Source: Elusimicrobiota bacterium
Lineage (GTDB): Bacteria; Elusimicrobiota; Elusimicrobia; F11
Direction of reading: 5' to 3'
NCBI GenBank assembly: GCA_044221725.1
Contig: JBGAON010000002.1
Coordinates: 576,001 to 640,000 of the forward strand
Length of the DNA: 64,000 nucleotides
Positions 30,429 through 40,259 of the stretch are shown here, one piece after another (position 1 is the stretch's first letter; the number at the start of each line of letters is the position of its first letter). The notes under the pieces were generated by a model, which saw only the letters and a list, made by a program, of their open reading frames with translations, was not told the origin of the DNA and did not search any database. The translations under genes and the position numbers were made by a program.

Positions 30429-31205
30429 TTGCTGTTCCTCTTTTCGCAGCAAAGTTCGGCCTTGGATTCCTACAACCTGATCGAGGGCTTGATGAAAAAC
30501 GGAAACGTACCCCGCCTCCTCAATTCGACCGATATCGATCTCCAACCGAACGATCCGCAGCCACTGTTCTCGCCCATTGGCGATTTCAACAACGACGGTA
30601 TTCCGGATATGGCGATTTCGGGAATATACGAACTGCCATCTTCAAAAAACCGCTATTTCTTGTTGGTCGGAACGCAATTTGAAAAACCGCTTCGGTACGA
30701 ACGAATGTATTTCAAAGAGTTCGACAAACCCGTTTTCCTTCACAAGCCCGGCACCACCGGCGAAAAAGATTCCGGAGACCAGTGTTTCTCTGTAACCTTT
30801 TGTGCGGAATGCACGGATGGAATTGATTTTTATTGGAGTCCAAAAACACATTCATTTGATGAGCGACCGTGGGAAAAACGATTTCGTCGTTACACGCATG
30901 TTTCGTACATGCCTGCGGAACGGGAAGTTCCGGATGAAATGGTGGATCGTGCGCTCAAGGTGGTGGGAAATCTCGACGACGTAAAAATCTTTGTGGCCGG
31001 TCTCAAAAAATCCGGAAAGAAGTTAGGGACGCGCGTCCGCGCGGTTTCGAACGAGGCCGAACCAGCGGATCCAAACGCACCAATCCAAACAGTCACTGTT
31101 GAGATTTTTGAGAAGAAAAAAGACGCCGAAAAGCTTTACGACGAAGTGACCGTCGACGTCACGAAGGACGTGGTGGTGAGTCGGAAAACGAAAGGTAGGT
31201 CTTAA
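30429..31205 (+). CDS. Exported hypothetical protein with an FG-GAP-like calcium-binding motif; start possibly 30393
   Basis: GDFNNDGIPDMAI motif, hydrophobic N-terminus. Confidence 0.7.
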   Translation: MLFLFSQQSSALDSYNLIEGLMKNGNVPRLLNSTDIDLQPNDPQPLFSPIGDFNNDGIPDMAISGIYELPSSKNRYFLLVGTQFEKPLRYERMYFKEFDKPVFLHKPGTTGEKDSGDQCFSVTFCAECTDGIDFYWSPKTHSFDERPWEKRFRRYTHVSYMPAEREVPDEMVDRALKVVGNLDDVKIFVAGLKKSGKKLGTRVRAVSNEAEPADPNAPIQTVTVEIFEKKKDAEKLYDEVTVDVTKDVVVSRKTKGRS

Positions 31206-31479
31206 TTATTGTTTCAACATCGCTGAGCGAAACATTCGATACGAAATCATTCTGTGGCATGATCGCAACGTTCGGCCCAATTTCGCATTGTTCCTGACAT
31301 CCGGACTTCGCCACGCGCACAACGTTTTGCAGATTGTTTTTCTTCACGTGTTCTTTCAGTCGGTCAAGAATTTGCTGACCACAACGTCCCTCACCCGCAC
31401 AGCTGATCCGCTCGCCCGGCTTTCGAGCGTTGGTGCAAACGAAGATCAATTGCTTGTAAGGAAGAGAGGATTGATTCAC
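31159..31479 (-). CDS. Thioredoxin-like (2Fe-2S) ferredoxin
   Basis: IFVCTNAR..SC..SGCQEQCEIGP. Confidence 0.85.
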   Translation of the reverse strand: MNQSSLPYKQLIFVCTNARKPGERISCAGEGRCGQQILDRLKEHVKKNNLQNVVRVAKSGCQEQCEIGPNVAIMPQNDFVSNVSLSDVETIIKTYLSFSDSPPRPS

Positions 31480-31480
31480 G

Positions 31481-31545
31481 GCTATCGGCTATTAGCCTTC
31501 TGCCAATGTTTCTTTGCTGACAGCCGATAGCTGAAAGCTGACAGC
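31481..31545. repeat. Heptamer-periodic inverted repeat overlapping the mqnC 3' end
   Basis: GCTATCGGCTATTAGC ... GCTGACAGCCGATAGCTGAAAGCTGACAGC (7-bp units). Confidence 0.6.
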
Positions 31546-32715
31546 TTCATTCTTTCGGAACGAAACTTCGGGTCCAACCGCGATGGTGAGATCTTCATCC
31601 GACATCGTGCGCGGGAATCTCTTTAACTTTTCATACCGCGTGGTGCGCTGGACCGCATCAAACCCCGCTTCGTGAATGAGTTTGATTGTTTCGCGCAGTG
31701 TCGTCACGTTTACAAAGCCGGCTTCGGCGTGCACATTCTCTTCGTAAAGCGTTCCACCAAAGTCGTCGACGCCAAACAAAAGCGCCGCCTGGCCCGTTTT
31801 CTTTCCTTCGGAAAACCAAGACGCCTGCACGTGATCAAAATTGTCCAGATAAAGCCTTGATGCCGCGAGAATTCGCAGGTACGGAACAGGGCCGACACGC
31901 CGTGGGAATCGGCGCTCGAGCACCGTGTTATCCGGTTTAAAACTCCATGGAATAAAAGCGGTGAACCCGCCCTTGTTTTTCAGCGCCTTTGACTGGTCTT
32001 GCAGGTCCCGAATATAATTCCAATGTTGAACGATATCTTCCGGCTCTTCAACATGCCCGTACATCATTGTCGCGGTTGACGTGAAACCCAGCTTGTGTGC
32101 CTCGCGGTGCACTTCCAACCACGATTCAGGGCCGCCTTTCTTTGGGGCAATTTTTTTCCGAACGCGTTCGCTCAAAATCTCAGCACCACCGCCGGGCAGC
32201 GTGTGCTGACCCGCTTCTTGAAGTTGGCGCAAAATCTCCGGCACCCCTGTGCCAGCCACTTGCGCCATCGTTTGAATCTCCGACGCCGTGAAAAAATGCG
32301 GTGTGACCATCGGAAAACGTTTGCGCGTCTCGCGAATGAGAGAAAGATAATAATCGAATGGGATTTCGCGGTTGTGTCCGCCTTGCAGCAAAATTGTCGT
32401 AACGCCAAGATCAACCGATCGCTGGATTTTCTGCATCACTTGCTCAACGGTTAACGTGTACGAATCGCTGTCTTTGGGTCGACGGAAGAACGCGCAGAAG
32501 TGACAGTCCGTGTCGCAAATATTTGTGTAGTTCGGATTGGAGTCGATGATGAACGTTATTTCTTTCTCGGGCAGCCGTCGGTTTCGTTCTTCCATTGCTA
32601 AGCGGCCTAGCCAATTCAGTGGAGCGTCCTTAATGAGGAAAAGACCGTCTTCGTCTGTTAGGCGTTCGCGGTTTAAAAGTTTTTTCTCAATGAGCGACTG
32701 GCGTTCGAGCGCCAT
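31492..32715 (-). CDS. mqnC: Cyclic dehypoxanthinyl futalosine synthase (radical SAM)
   Basis: NYTNICDTDCHFCAF, LLQGGH, PGGGAEIL, STATMMYGH, AFIPWSF, QASW, DFGGTL.EENV. Confidence 0.9.
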   Translation of the reverse strand: MALERQSLIEKKLLNRERLTDEDGLFLIKDAPLNWLGRLAMEERNRRLPEKEITFIIDSNPNYTNICDTDCHFCAFFRRPKDSDSYTLTVEQVMQKIQRSVDLGVTTILLQGGHNREIPFDYYLSLIRETRKRFPMVTPHFFTASEIQTMAQVAGTGVPEILRQLQEAGQHTLPGGGAEILSERVRKKIAPKKGGPESWLEVHREAHKLGFTSTATMMYGHVEEPEDIVQHWNYIRDLQDQSKALKNKGGFTAFIPWSFKPDNTVLERRFPRRVGPVPYLRILAASRLYLDNFDHVQASWFSEGKKTGQAALLFGVDDFGGTLYEENVHAEAGFVNVTTLRETIKLIHEAGFDAVQRTTRYEKLKRFPRTMSDEDLTIAVGPEVSFRKNEAVSFQLSAVSKETLAEG

Positions 32716-33478
32716 GGGCAAAACCTTCCTTGGTAAGGTGTCGAAACAATTTTTCAGACGCGTGAGCGTCCGCGTCCATCTCGTACATCATCTCGGTGAA
32801 GTACGATTCGAGAAACACGGGAGACAATTTTGTGCGCGTGGCCACGGCCGTCGTGATGGCGGGTAGATTTTTTTTGCTGGCGTCGAGGCTTGCACGAATC
32901 AAACTGTTGAGTCGGCTTTGGACCTCGGGGAGTGTATCGCGGCGCACAACCCAGCGCGCAAACACGAATGGCAATTTTTTCCAGTTCCACCATTCGGTAG
33001 CGAGATCGGTAACGTACGGCCATTCGCGCACAAGCGGACTGGCGACGAGTTGCATCGCTTGGTCGCCAATCACGAGCCATGCGGCGTCTTCCATTTGAAG
33101 TCCGCGGCGGATGCGCGCGTCGTTGCCGTATTTTTCGCGAATCAACGTCTCGCACAACATAACCGATGTCGCCGAATCTTTCGTGGCGCCGATCGTTACG
33201 TGATCGAGTTCCGAAAAAGGCACCTTTGACAAAACATAGACGCTGCGACAACGTTCGCGTGCCGCAATGCTCCAGCTCCCGAGCGGCGCGAAATCAGCTT
33301 CGAGCGCCCAACACTCAACAATCGGAAGCGGTCCCGCAATGACCTCGCCGCGATGGGCGGCTTCGGCCAATTGCTTCGGCGCCCCCAATTGATATTCAAA
33401 AGCACGCGCATCGGGGGAGTTGTCCCATCCGTAAAAAAACGGTTCCGTGTTCGCGTAGGAGATCCGCGCAATCTTCAT
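32687..33478 (-). CDS. mqnA: Chorismate dehydratase
   Basis: ISYANTEPF, SATSV, VIGD.A, DLA.EW..LPFVFA.W. Confidence 0.88.
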   Translation of the reverse strand: MKIARISYANTEPFFYGWDNSPDARAFEYQLGAPKQLAEAAHRGEVIAGPLPIVECWALEADFAPLGSWSIAARERCRSVYVLSKVPFSELDHVTIGATKDSATSVMLCETLIREKYGNDARIRRGLQMEDAAWLVIGDQAMQLVASPLVREWPYVTDLATEWWNWKKLPFVFARWVVRRDTLPEVQSRLNSLIRASLDASKKNLPAITTAVATRTKLSPVFLESYFTEMMYEMDADAHASEKLFRHLTKEGFAHGARTPVAH

Positions 33479-34638
33479 GACAACTCGGTCGTCACCCCGG
33501 CATGTTTGTGGCCGGGGGTGAGGTGTTCATCCGGAGAACCCGGATTCCGACCAGGAAGCATGCCGGAATGACGGTTTATTGTGTTGTACAAGCAATCGCG
33601 CTCGACCGGAACCCGGCCGGCCTCACGAATCAAATTCACGAGGCGCTCGCGCGCCATCTGCAACGGCGAACTCGCTTTGGCTGCGTGCATTATTTTCTCT
33701 TCGCCAATCGTTCCGTCAATGTCGTCAGCACCGTAGTTCAGTGCGATGGACGCCGTTTCTTCGCCCATGGTGACCCAGTACGCTTTGATGTGATCAAAAT
33801 TATCGAGCAACAATCTCGAAACCGCAATCGTCTTCAGATCATCAATGACCGACGCTTGGCGCTTCACCACTTGTGTCGTGCCTGGTTGGTACGCGAGCGG
33901 AATAAACGAAAGAAAACCGCGGGTCTCGTCTTGCAAATCCCGCAGCTTTAAAATGTGAACGAGCCGTTCATCGATTGTTTCCATGTGACCGTAAAGCAGC
34001 GTCGAATTTGACCGAAGACCAAGCTCGTGCGCCGTCCGGTGGACTTCGAGCCACTTGGGCGCTCCGATCTTGAACGGATAAAGCGCTTTGCGCACGCGCT
34101 CGCTGAACACTTCAGCTCCGCCACCCGGAATGCAGACCACACCGGCGTCGATCATCAAGGTTAAAATTTCTTTGATGGACTTTTTTTCGCGCCGAGCGAA
34201 GAAATCAATTTCAACAGCGGTGTAGGCTTTCACTTGGATGCTCGGAAACCGATTTTTGATCGCCCGCACCACATCAAGGTATTGATCGAACGTCCATCCG
34301 CGATAGAGCCCGCTCACAATGTGCACTTCGCGTAAGTCGTCGTTTAATTTTGAAAGAATCTCATTGTGCGACATGATATAGGCGTTCGTTCGGTTGGATT
34401 TTGTGGCGTAATCACAGAAATGGCAGGAGAGAACACAAATGTTTGTGGGATTAATTTGCCGGTTCATCACAAACGTGGCGCGGTCGCCCGTTTTTTGTTC
34501 TTTGACCCAGTTGGCCATGAACCCGAGGCCATGCACATCATCGGACGCAAACAATGTTTGTCCGTCAGCAAACGACAGACGTTCACCGTTCTGAACTTTG
34601 TTCCACAGCGGAGCGATGTTCGGATCTTTAATCAACAT
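33475..34638 (-). CDS. mqnE: Aminodeoxyfutalosine synthase (radical SAM)
   Basis: INPTNICVLSCHFC, EVHIVSG, KAYTAVE, HIKAYWV, GADDIDGT; ATG at 34638 preferred over the longer ORF. Confidence 0.9.
   Translation of the reverse strand: MLIKDPNIAPLWNKVQNGERLSFADGQTLFASDDVHGLGFMANWVKEQKTGDRATFVMNRQINPTNICVLSCHFCDYATKSNRTNAYIMSHNEILSKLNDDLREVHIVSGLYRGWTFDQYLDVVRAIKNRFPSIQVKAYTAVEIDFFARREKKSIKEILTLMIDAGVVCIPGGGAEVFSERVRKALYPFKIGAPKWLEVHRTAHELGLRSNSTLLYGHMETIDERLVHILKLRDLQDETRGFLSFIPLAYQPGTTQVVKRQASVIDDLKTIAVSRLLLDNFDHIKAYWVTMGEETASIALNYGADDIDGTIGEEKIMHAAKASSPLQMARERLVNLIREAGRVPVERDCLYNTINRHSGMLPGRNPGSPDEHLTPGHKHAGVTTELS
33490..33573. repeat. Palindromic element in-frame within the mqnE C-terminus
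   Basis: CGTCACCCCGGCATG...CATGCCGGAATGACG terminal inverted repeat, 84 bp. Confidence 0.8.
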
Positions 34639-34652
34639 ATCAGTACCTGTTC

Positions 34653-34732
34653 GTCGCCCTGAAATGTTTCTGTCCAGGGCCCACGTTGCCTTACGGTAAA
34701 ATGGATCCTGGCTTACGACATGCCAGGATGAC
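34653..34732. repeat. Palindromic element overlapping the ubiD stop
   Basis: The reverse complement GTCATCCTGGCATGTCG..CCAGGATCCA..TGGGC..GACAGAAACATTTCAGGGCGAC closely matches the 45445 copy. Confidence 0.85.
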
Positions 34733-36485
34733 CAATTTCGTACTCCTTCCACCGCCGATTCACGAGCTTCACAACATCGTCATTCATGACAAGCGGATCC
34801 GGATAACCGGGCTTCCATGTGGCGTCGATAAAAAGCGGACCCGCGTATTGCGGATGTCCCCGTTTGATGTCGACGTTTCCAAAAAACGTGTCGCGCTCGC
34901 AATCAAACCGCGTAAAAATTCCCCATAAAAGCAGCGTCGGGTCTTCGAGAGGAATATCGTCACTAACGGCGACGACCATCGGCGGTAATGACGGAAAGCT
35001 TAACATTTTTTCGAGAATATCCCGGCCGCCACCGTCGACGCGCAGCACCAACATTGCGTCGTCCACGACCCGCGCATCGCGCACAAGCGAACTCAAACCA
35101 CCGAGCGTGCTTGGATCGAACGTCTCGCGCTTTTGTTTCGGCTTTGAATTCGTTGTCGCGTCAATAACCAACTTGCTGCCGAGGTTCATTTTGAAACTTG
35201 TGAAATCAAGTGTATCTTGGGACGTGCCGGGCAAAAGAATAAAGTCGTCTTTCGGATCAAAGTTATCGCGAATTGCTTTGAGCACGTCACTAAATTTTCG
35301 GGCGTTTACGGTCGGATCCACAAGAACGACACACTTGGAAAGCGCCAACTGCCCTTCGCCCAGTGCCCATAACGCGGTCTTGATCGCTTCTTTTTCAAAC
35401 CGCTGCTTCACGCTAATCACGAGCAAATTGTGAAAACCGGCTTCTTGATAGGCCCATAAGTCAACGACCTCGGGATGCATGATTTTCAAAAGCGGCAGCA
35501 GCATTTCTTGAACCGCGTCGCCGATCACTTGATCTTCTTGGGGCGGCTTGCCAACGACCGCAATCGGAAAAATTGGTTTCTCGCGGTGCCAGACGCGATT
35601 CACCTTAAAAATTGGAAACGGCGCGGCCAGTGAATAATGACCGAAGTGATCCCCGTACGGGCCTTCTTGGCGCCGTTCTTTCGGCGGAACGAATCCTTCC
35701 AACAAAAACTCCGCTTCGGATGGCACGGACAAATCGCTCTCCGTGAGTGTCGTAACCCGCGTGGATTCTCCGCGCAGGAACCCCGCGAATGCAATTTCAC
35801 TAAGCCCCTCGGGAAGCGGTAACACTCCGCACATCATCAGAATGGGATCCGCTCCAAGAACGGTCACAAGCGGCAATGCCCGACCGGCGGCCTCGGCTTG
35901 TTGGTAGTGGTATCCTCCGCCTTTGCCGATCTGCCAATGCATGCCCGTTTCGCTCTTGTTGTACACGTGCATGCGGTACACGCCCATGTTTTGTTTTCCG
36001 TCTTTTGGACTCTTCGTAACAACAAGTGGGAACGTAATAAACTTTCCACCGTCTTTTGGCCACGACTGCGCAATCGGTAGTTGGTCGAGATTCGCCGGTT
36101 CCACACAAAACTTCTTGACCGGAGCGTGCGTGCGCGCGTCGGGTTTCATTTTGAGTACGCGTAGCGCCGTGTGGCGATTTTTCCACAAACGCTGGGGAGA
36201 TGGCGGCATAAGGCCATCGGCAAACTGCGCGAGCTCCGCTCCCACTTGGGCGGGGGCACGTCCAAGCGCCCAGTCAACACGGCGAGACGCCCCAAGCACA
36301 TTGACGAGCAATGGAAACTTTGAACCTTTTACGTTCTCGAAGAGGAGCGCGGGCCCTGCGCGTTTAACCACCCGCGTGGCGATTTCGGTGATTTCGAGGA
36401 CCGGATCGACCTCGGCTTTGATGCGCACCAGGTCATTCTTCTGTTCGAGGAACGAAACAAACGACTGTAAATTACGAAAGGGCAT
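34713..36485 (-). CDS. ubiD: UbiD-family decarboxylase (MqnL-like)
   Basis: GPALLFENV, NMGVYRM, EGPYGDHFGHY, GKPPQED, IDAT. Confidence 0.92.
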   Translation of the reverse strand: MPFRNLQSFVSFLEQKNDLVRIKAEVDPVLEITEIATRVVKRAGPALLFENVKGSKFPLLVNVLGASRRVDWALGRAPAQVGAELAQFADGLMPPSPQRLWKNRHTALRVLKMKPDARTHAPVKKFCVEPANLDQLPIAQSWPKDGGKFITFPLVVTKSPKDGKQNMGVYRMHVYNKSETGMHWQIGKGGGYHYQQAEAAGRALPLVTVLGADPILMMCGVLPLPEGLSEIAFAGFLRGESTRVTTLTESDLSVPSEAEFLLEGFVPPKERRQEGPYGDHFGHYSLAAPFPIFKVNRVWHREKPIFPIAVVGKPPQEDQVIGDAVQEMLLPLLKIMHPEVVDLWAYQEAGFHNLLVISVKQRFEKEAIKTALWALGEGQLALSKCVVLVDPTVNARKFSDVLKAIRDNFDPKDDFILLPGTSQDTLDFTSFKMNLGSKLVIDATTNSKPKQKRETFDPSTLGGLSSLVRDARVVDDAMLVLRVDGGGRDILEKMLSFPSLPPMVVAVSDDIPLEDPTLLLWGIFTRFDCERDTFFGNVDIKRGHPQYAGPLFIDATWKPGYPDPLVMNDDVVKLVNRRWKEYEIGHPGMS

Positions 36486-37026
36486 CGTGACGCCAACCGG
36501 AGCGAACGGTCGGCAAGTTGAGCGTGGTGAGCATGTGATCAACGAAACGCGACGTTGTTTCTTCAGCGGACTGCGATTTAAAATAAAACGGTGGGCAGAG
36601 CGGCATAATCGTTACGCCGAGCCGGGATAATTTAAGAGCATTCTCCAGCGCGATCGCGGACAACGGCGACTCTCGAAGTCCCAGCAGCATGCGGCGTTGT
36701 TCTTTGAGCGCCACTTCGGCCACGCGCGCCACGAGGTTCTCGCCAATTCCGTTCGCAATTCTCCCAAGCGTTGTCAGCGAACATGGAACAATCACATATC
36801 GATCAAACGAAATGGAGCCGGACGCGAACGGAGCGTTCATGTCGTCAGCGGAGAATATTTTTGAGACGTGAGGGGACAAATCGTCGGGACGCAGTCCCGT
36901 TTCTTGATGCAGAACCGCTTTGCCCCAACGCGAAAGAATTAAAAATTTTTCGCCCGGGCATTGTTTTAAAAATTCAACCGCCACGTTTCCGCCCGACGCA
37001 CCAGTGATTGCGACAACGGTTCTCAT
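36472..37026 (-). CDS. ubiX: Flavin prenyltransferase UbiX
   Basis: AITGASG, ASGS, PCS..TL, LKEQR, RESPLS, PPFY. Confidence 0.92.
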   Translation of the reverse strand: MRTVVAITGASGGNVAVEFLKQCPGEKFLILSRWGKAVLHQETGLRPDDLSPHVSKIFSADDMNAPFASGSISFDRYVIVPCSLTTLGRIANGIGENLVARVAEVALKEQRRMLLGLRESPLSAIALENALKLSRLGVTIMPLCPPFYFKSQSAEETTSRFVDHMLTTLNLPTVRSGWRHDALS

Positions 37027-37029
37027 CGC

Positions 37030-37872
37030 CTAAACTCCTAGAAGCCCTGCAACGATCATAAACAAAACCACAAATCCAATCAGTGTGTTGATCTGAAAGA
37101 AGGCAAGATTCACATTCTTTGAAAATTGGAATTCAAAATAAAGAAGCACACCAATGATGGCCAAAAGCATCACGGTGATGGGTCCCGACAACCATCCGAT
37201 GTAAAGTACAAGCAGAAACAAAAACGCGAGCAAGTGAAACAACCCCGCCAAACGCAGCGAGCGCCGGATACCCCAAGCTGCCGGTAACGAATGAAGCCCG
37301 GCGGTGCGGTCAAACTGCTCGTCCATTGTCGCGTAGATGATGTCGAAACCCGCCAGCCAAAAAATACTGAACACGCCAAGCACAACGGCCGGTGCCAAAC
37401 CCTGAAACGATGACTTCACCGCAAAAAAACCGGCCAAAGGCACGAGCGACCATACGATTCCCAAACCAACATGCGTCCATTTTGTCAGGCGTTTGAAATA
37501 GGGATACGCTGTGAATCCAACGATCGGCAACCAAGAAAGTCGCAAACAGAAATCCGACAACAGCCACGCTGAAAATAAATAGATCACGAGCGCGATAACA
37601 CCCAAAGCGGCCGCCTCCCAGAGCTTCATTTTTCCGCTGCTTAAATGACGATCTTGTGTGCGAGGGTTACGCGCGTCGATGTGACGATCAATAACGCGGT
37701 TCAGCACGAGCGCTATGATGCGCGCACTGCCGCCCGCCAAAAGAATGAGAAGCGCTTGCCGAAGAGTCGGCCAACCGTCGCCGGCCAACAGCGCTCCCGC
37801 AAATAGAAGAGGCAGCGAAAACAGAGTGTGCTCGATTTTAATGAAACTGGAATAGTTCTTTAGCGACATCAT
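37030..37872 (-). CDS. ubiA: UbiA-family prenyltransferase (MqnP-like)
   Basis: IKIEHTLFSLP, NRVIDRHIDARNPRT, YPYFKR, FDIIYATMD. Confidence 0.9.
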   Translation of the reverse strand: MMSLKNYSSFIKIEHTLFSLPLLFAGALLAGDGWPTLRQALLILLAGGSARIIALVLNRVIDRHIDARNPRTQDRHLSSGKMKLWEAAALGVIALVIYLFSAWLLSDFCLRLSWLPIVGFTAYPYFKRLTKWTHVGLGIVWSLVPLAGFFAVKSSFQGLAPAVVLGVFSIFWLAGFDIIYATMDEQFDRTAGLHSLPAAWGIRRSLRLAGLFHLLAFLFLLVLYIGWLSGPITVMLLAIIGVLLYFEFQFSKNVNLAFFQINTLIGFVVLFMIVAGLLGV

Positions 37873-40149
37873 TTATTGCGCAACGTTTAATTCAGAAAAA
37901 ACATCCGCCTCGGATTCTACGGGAGAGAAAACAGAGGTGATAGGCTTCGTCAAATTAACAGAAAAAAGGCCGAGACTCAAAGGCGGCATGGCCAGCGGCA
38001 AGCCCGTGTCACGCAAGTTTTGGCCCCAGAGCGCAACCGCCGGGCCTCCGGATTCGGGCTGATTGAGCAGCGACTTGATGCTCACACTCCCGTGCAGCGC
38101 GTTCGTAAACAAATAAAGTTTGTTGTTTTCGAATCCGGCCAGCAACGACCGCAGCTGTATCGATTCGTTTTTGAAATTGTTTGAGAAATTTGCGACGGCG
38201 ACCAACAGCGATTTCTTGCGCCAACGCGCAAACGCGAGAACTTCGGGATTGCTGCTTTTTAGCAGCAAAAATTTTCCCTTGCGAATCACCGACGCGCGCG
38301 CCAAACGGTTAATAAATCCGGCGACCTCTTCGGGCATGTTGTTGTCGTGTTGGACCACACCGGGCAAGAGCGTCAATAAAATCGCTGCCAAAACATTTTG
38401 GTGGCGGGCAAAATCTTCGCTCGGAAAAGGTTTGAAGAGCGAATTTAGATTATAAATCCCGCAACGGAGATAATGGGCGGATTCACCGCGCAAGAACGCG
38501 CTCAAGTCACCAACCTTTCCGGTTTGGATTTGATCAAGCACCGTTCGCACAAGCAAATCGTTTTCGTAATAATTGAAACCCATTTCGCGGACCGCGCGCG
38601 ATTGTTCCGCAATCGAGTCGGCAACGAACAGAAAATTCGGGAAACGCGCTCTTACATCGGAAATGACATCGGCCCAAAAGAATTTCGAATTCTCACGCGC
38701 GTCGTTGTCGTCAACAGCGATGGCACGCGAGCGGCGACGAAGTTGTGCGTCAAAAAACTCTTTTGCGTTTTCAATTCGAACCCCCGGCGCAATCTCGGCA
38801 AACCGGAGCAATGTGTCGACCACGAGCGAGCGCAACGCCAACGATGACCGCTCAAACGAAATCGCCTCTTTGCGCAGAAAAATCTGAGTAAACGACAAAC
38901 TCGGGAACAATCGAATACCAGCCTTTGACGCAAGTTGGATTTGTCGACGCAAGAACGACTCGCCGTAATATTCGCTCGGATTGGAGCGTTCGAGCACAAG
39001 GCCCGTGGTGGACAACCAAACGTAGCGTTCCTGCTGCGCCGCGACGCCACGCCAAAATTCTCGCTCAATCTTTCGGTGCAACACGGCTTGCGTCATCGAA
39101 AACGGCCAATGGATCTCGTGAAACACTTTTCCGAGCGGCTCGAGCGGCCTCCCTTGAATTTTCCGTCGGTTGATCGCGTACCAAAAGGCGCCCAGCGCCA
39201 ATACAAAAAGAAGATAAAAAACATCAGGGGGGCGACTTCGGTTCGAATCGCGCTTCTCGATCCAACTGTTTTGGGGGACCACAACCGGACGAGGCATCGG
39301 AATTTCCGTCACTTGCGGGTTTTCGCTCACAACCGCTTCGGCCAACGGAGATTCCACGGGTGCGGCGGCCACGCGGATTTTCTTGACGGTCTCTGGCTTG
39401 TCATTAAATTCTTCGGACGAGTGTTCTTTTGTGGGTTCGGCAAGCACAAGCCGGCTTGTCGCACGGCCCAACACCATCATCGCGCGTTTGGGCAAATTCG
39501 CTTGTTCAACAAACGCCACGCCGAGAACCTGAATTGTTCCTTGCGGTTTGTTCGCGGTGACGTCGCTCCCAAATTCGATGAATACTTCCGAGACTTCCGA
39601 CAAATCAACTTTGTTCCTAGGAATCAAGCGCGACATTGGAACAACCAGCTGTACGGGCTCCGCAGCGGGAAACCCTTGGCGGGGCAACGCATCGGAACGC
39701 GCGGCCATTCCATCTTTTAGTCCCACGCTTAACCGCATCGCTGGACGCGAACACCACACCCAAAGAAGAATCGAATTGTAACGTCGCACATCCATTGGCT
39801 TCTGCAATTGAATGACACCGCTCGCCCAGCCGGATTTTCCGCTTTGCGTTAGTTTCAAACTCAATCCTTCGTTCATTATGCTCTGACCGCGACGAAAGCC
39901 GTAGGTGCTTTGTGTGGCGCTGCCCGTAAAATGAACGGAGTCGACATGACGGTAACGCAGGAAAAGGGATTGTTGACCTTCCAAACCGTACGGAAGGTTC
40001 TGCAGTTTTTCTTGGAGAGGCGCGGTCATGGGCGGAGCTTCGAATCGACTGTTTGCTCCACTTACCGATGGAGGAAACAGACCGACATTCAACACCAACA
40101 CACATGTTAATGAACAAAATAATGACGGTTTTAGCACGGTTCGATTCAA
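37873..40149 (-). CDS. Membrane protein with an exported carbohydrate-binding-like domain and a degenerate alpha-amylase (GH13)-like domain
   Basis: Signal peptide, beta-rich domain, TM, then GVRIENA / FW.DVI..VR..FP.FLFVAD / TLLPG / LAFAR..LVAVANFS. Confidence 0.65.
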   Translation of the reverse strand: MNRTVLKPSLFCSLTCVLVLNVGLFPPSVSGANSRFEAPPMTAPLQEKLQNLPYGLEGQQSLFLRYRHVDSVHFTGSATQSTYGFRRGQSIMNEGLSLKLTQSGKSGWASGVIQLQKPMDVRRYNSILLWVWCSRPAMRLSVGLKDGMAARSDALPRQGFPAAEPVQLVVPMSRLIPRNKVDLSEVSEVFIEFGSDVTANKPQGTIQVLGVAFVEQANLPKRAMMVLGRATSRLVLAEPTKEHSSEEFNDKPETVKKIRVAAAPVESPLAEAVVSENPQVTEIPMPRPVVVPQNSWIEKRDSNRSRPPDVFYLLFVLALGAFWYAINRRKIQGRPLEPLGKVFHEIHWPFSMTQAVLHRKIEREFWRGVAAQQERYVWLSTTGLVLERSNPSEYYGESFLRRQIQLASKAGIRLFPSLSFTQIFLRKEAISFERSSLALRSLVVDTLLRFAEIAPGVRIENAKEFFDAQLRRRSRAIAVDDNDARENSKFFWADVISDVRARFPNFLFVADSIAEQSRAVREMGFNYYENDLLVRTVLDQIQTGKVGDLSAFLRGESAHYLRCGIYNLNSLFKPFPSEDFARHQNVLAAILLTLLPGVVQHDNNMPEEVAGFINRLARASVIRKGKFLLLKSSNPEVLAFARWRKKSLLVAVANFSNNFKNESIQLRSLLAGFENNKLYLFTNALHGSVSIKSLLNQPESGGPAVALWGQNLRDTGLPLAMPPLSLGLFSVNLTKPITSVFSPVESEADVFSELNVAQ

Positions 40150-40259
40150 TCAAAAATCGCTGGAAAAAGCACCCGCGCGATTCGACGGAGAACTGCTTCT
40201 TACACCAGCGAAGGCGTTCCGTGCAGGCGGTGCATTAGACCCTTGAATTCAGGCGAACC

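Noticed and set aside
34639..34752. N-terminal extension of MqnE (and similarly of CarA at 45492)
   Set aside because: These extensions are read-throughs of palindromic repeats; downstream ATGs fit the conserved starts.
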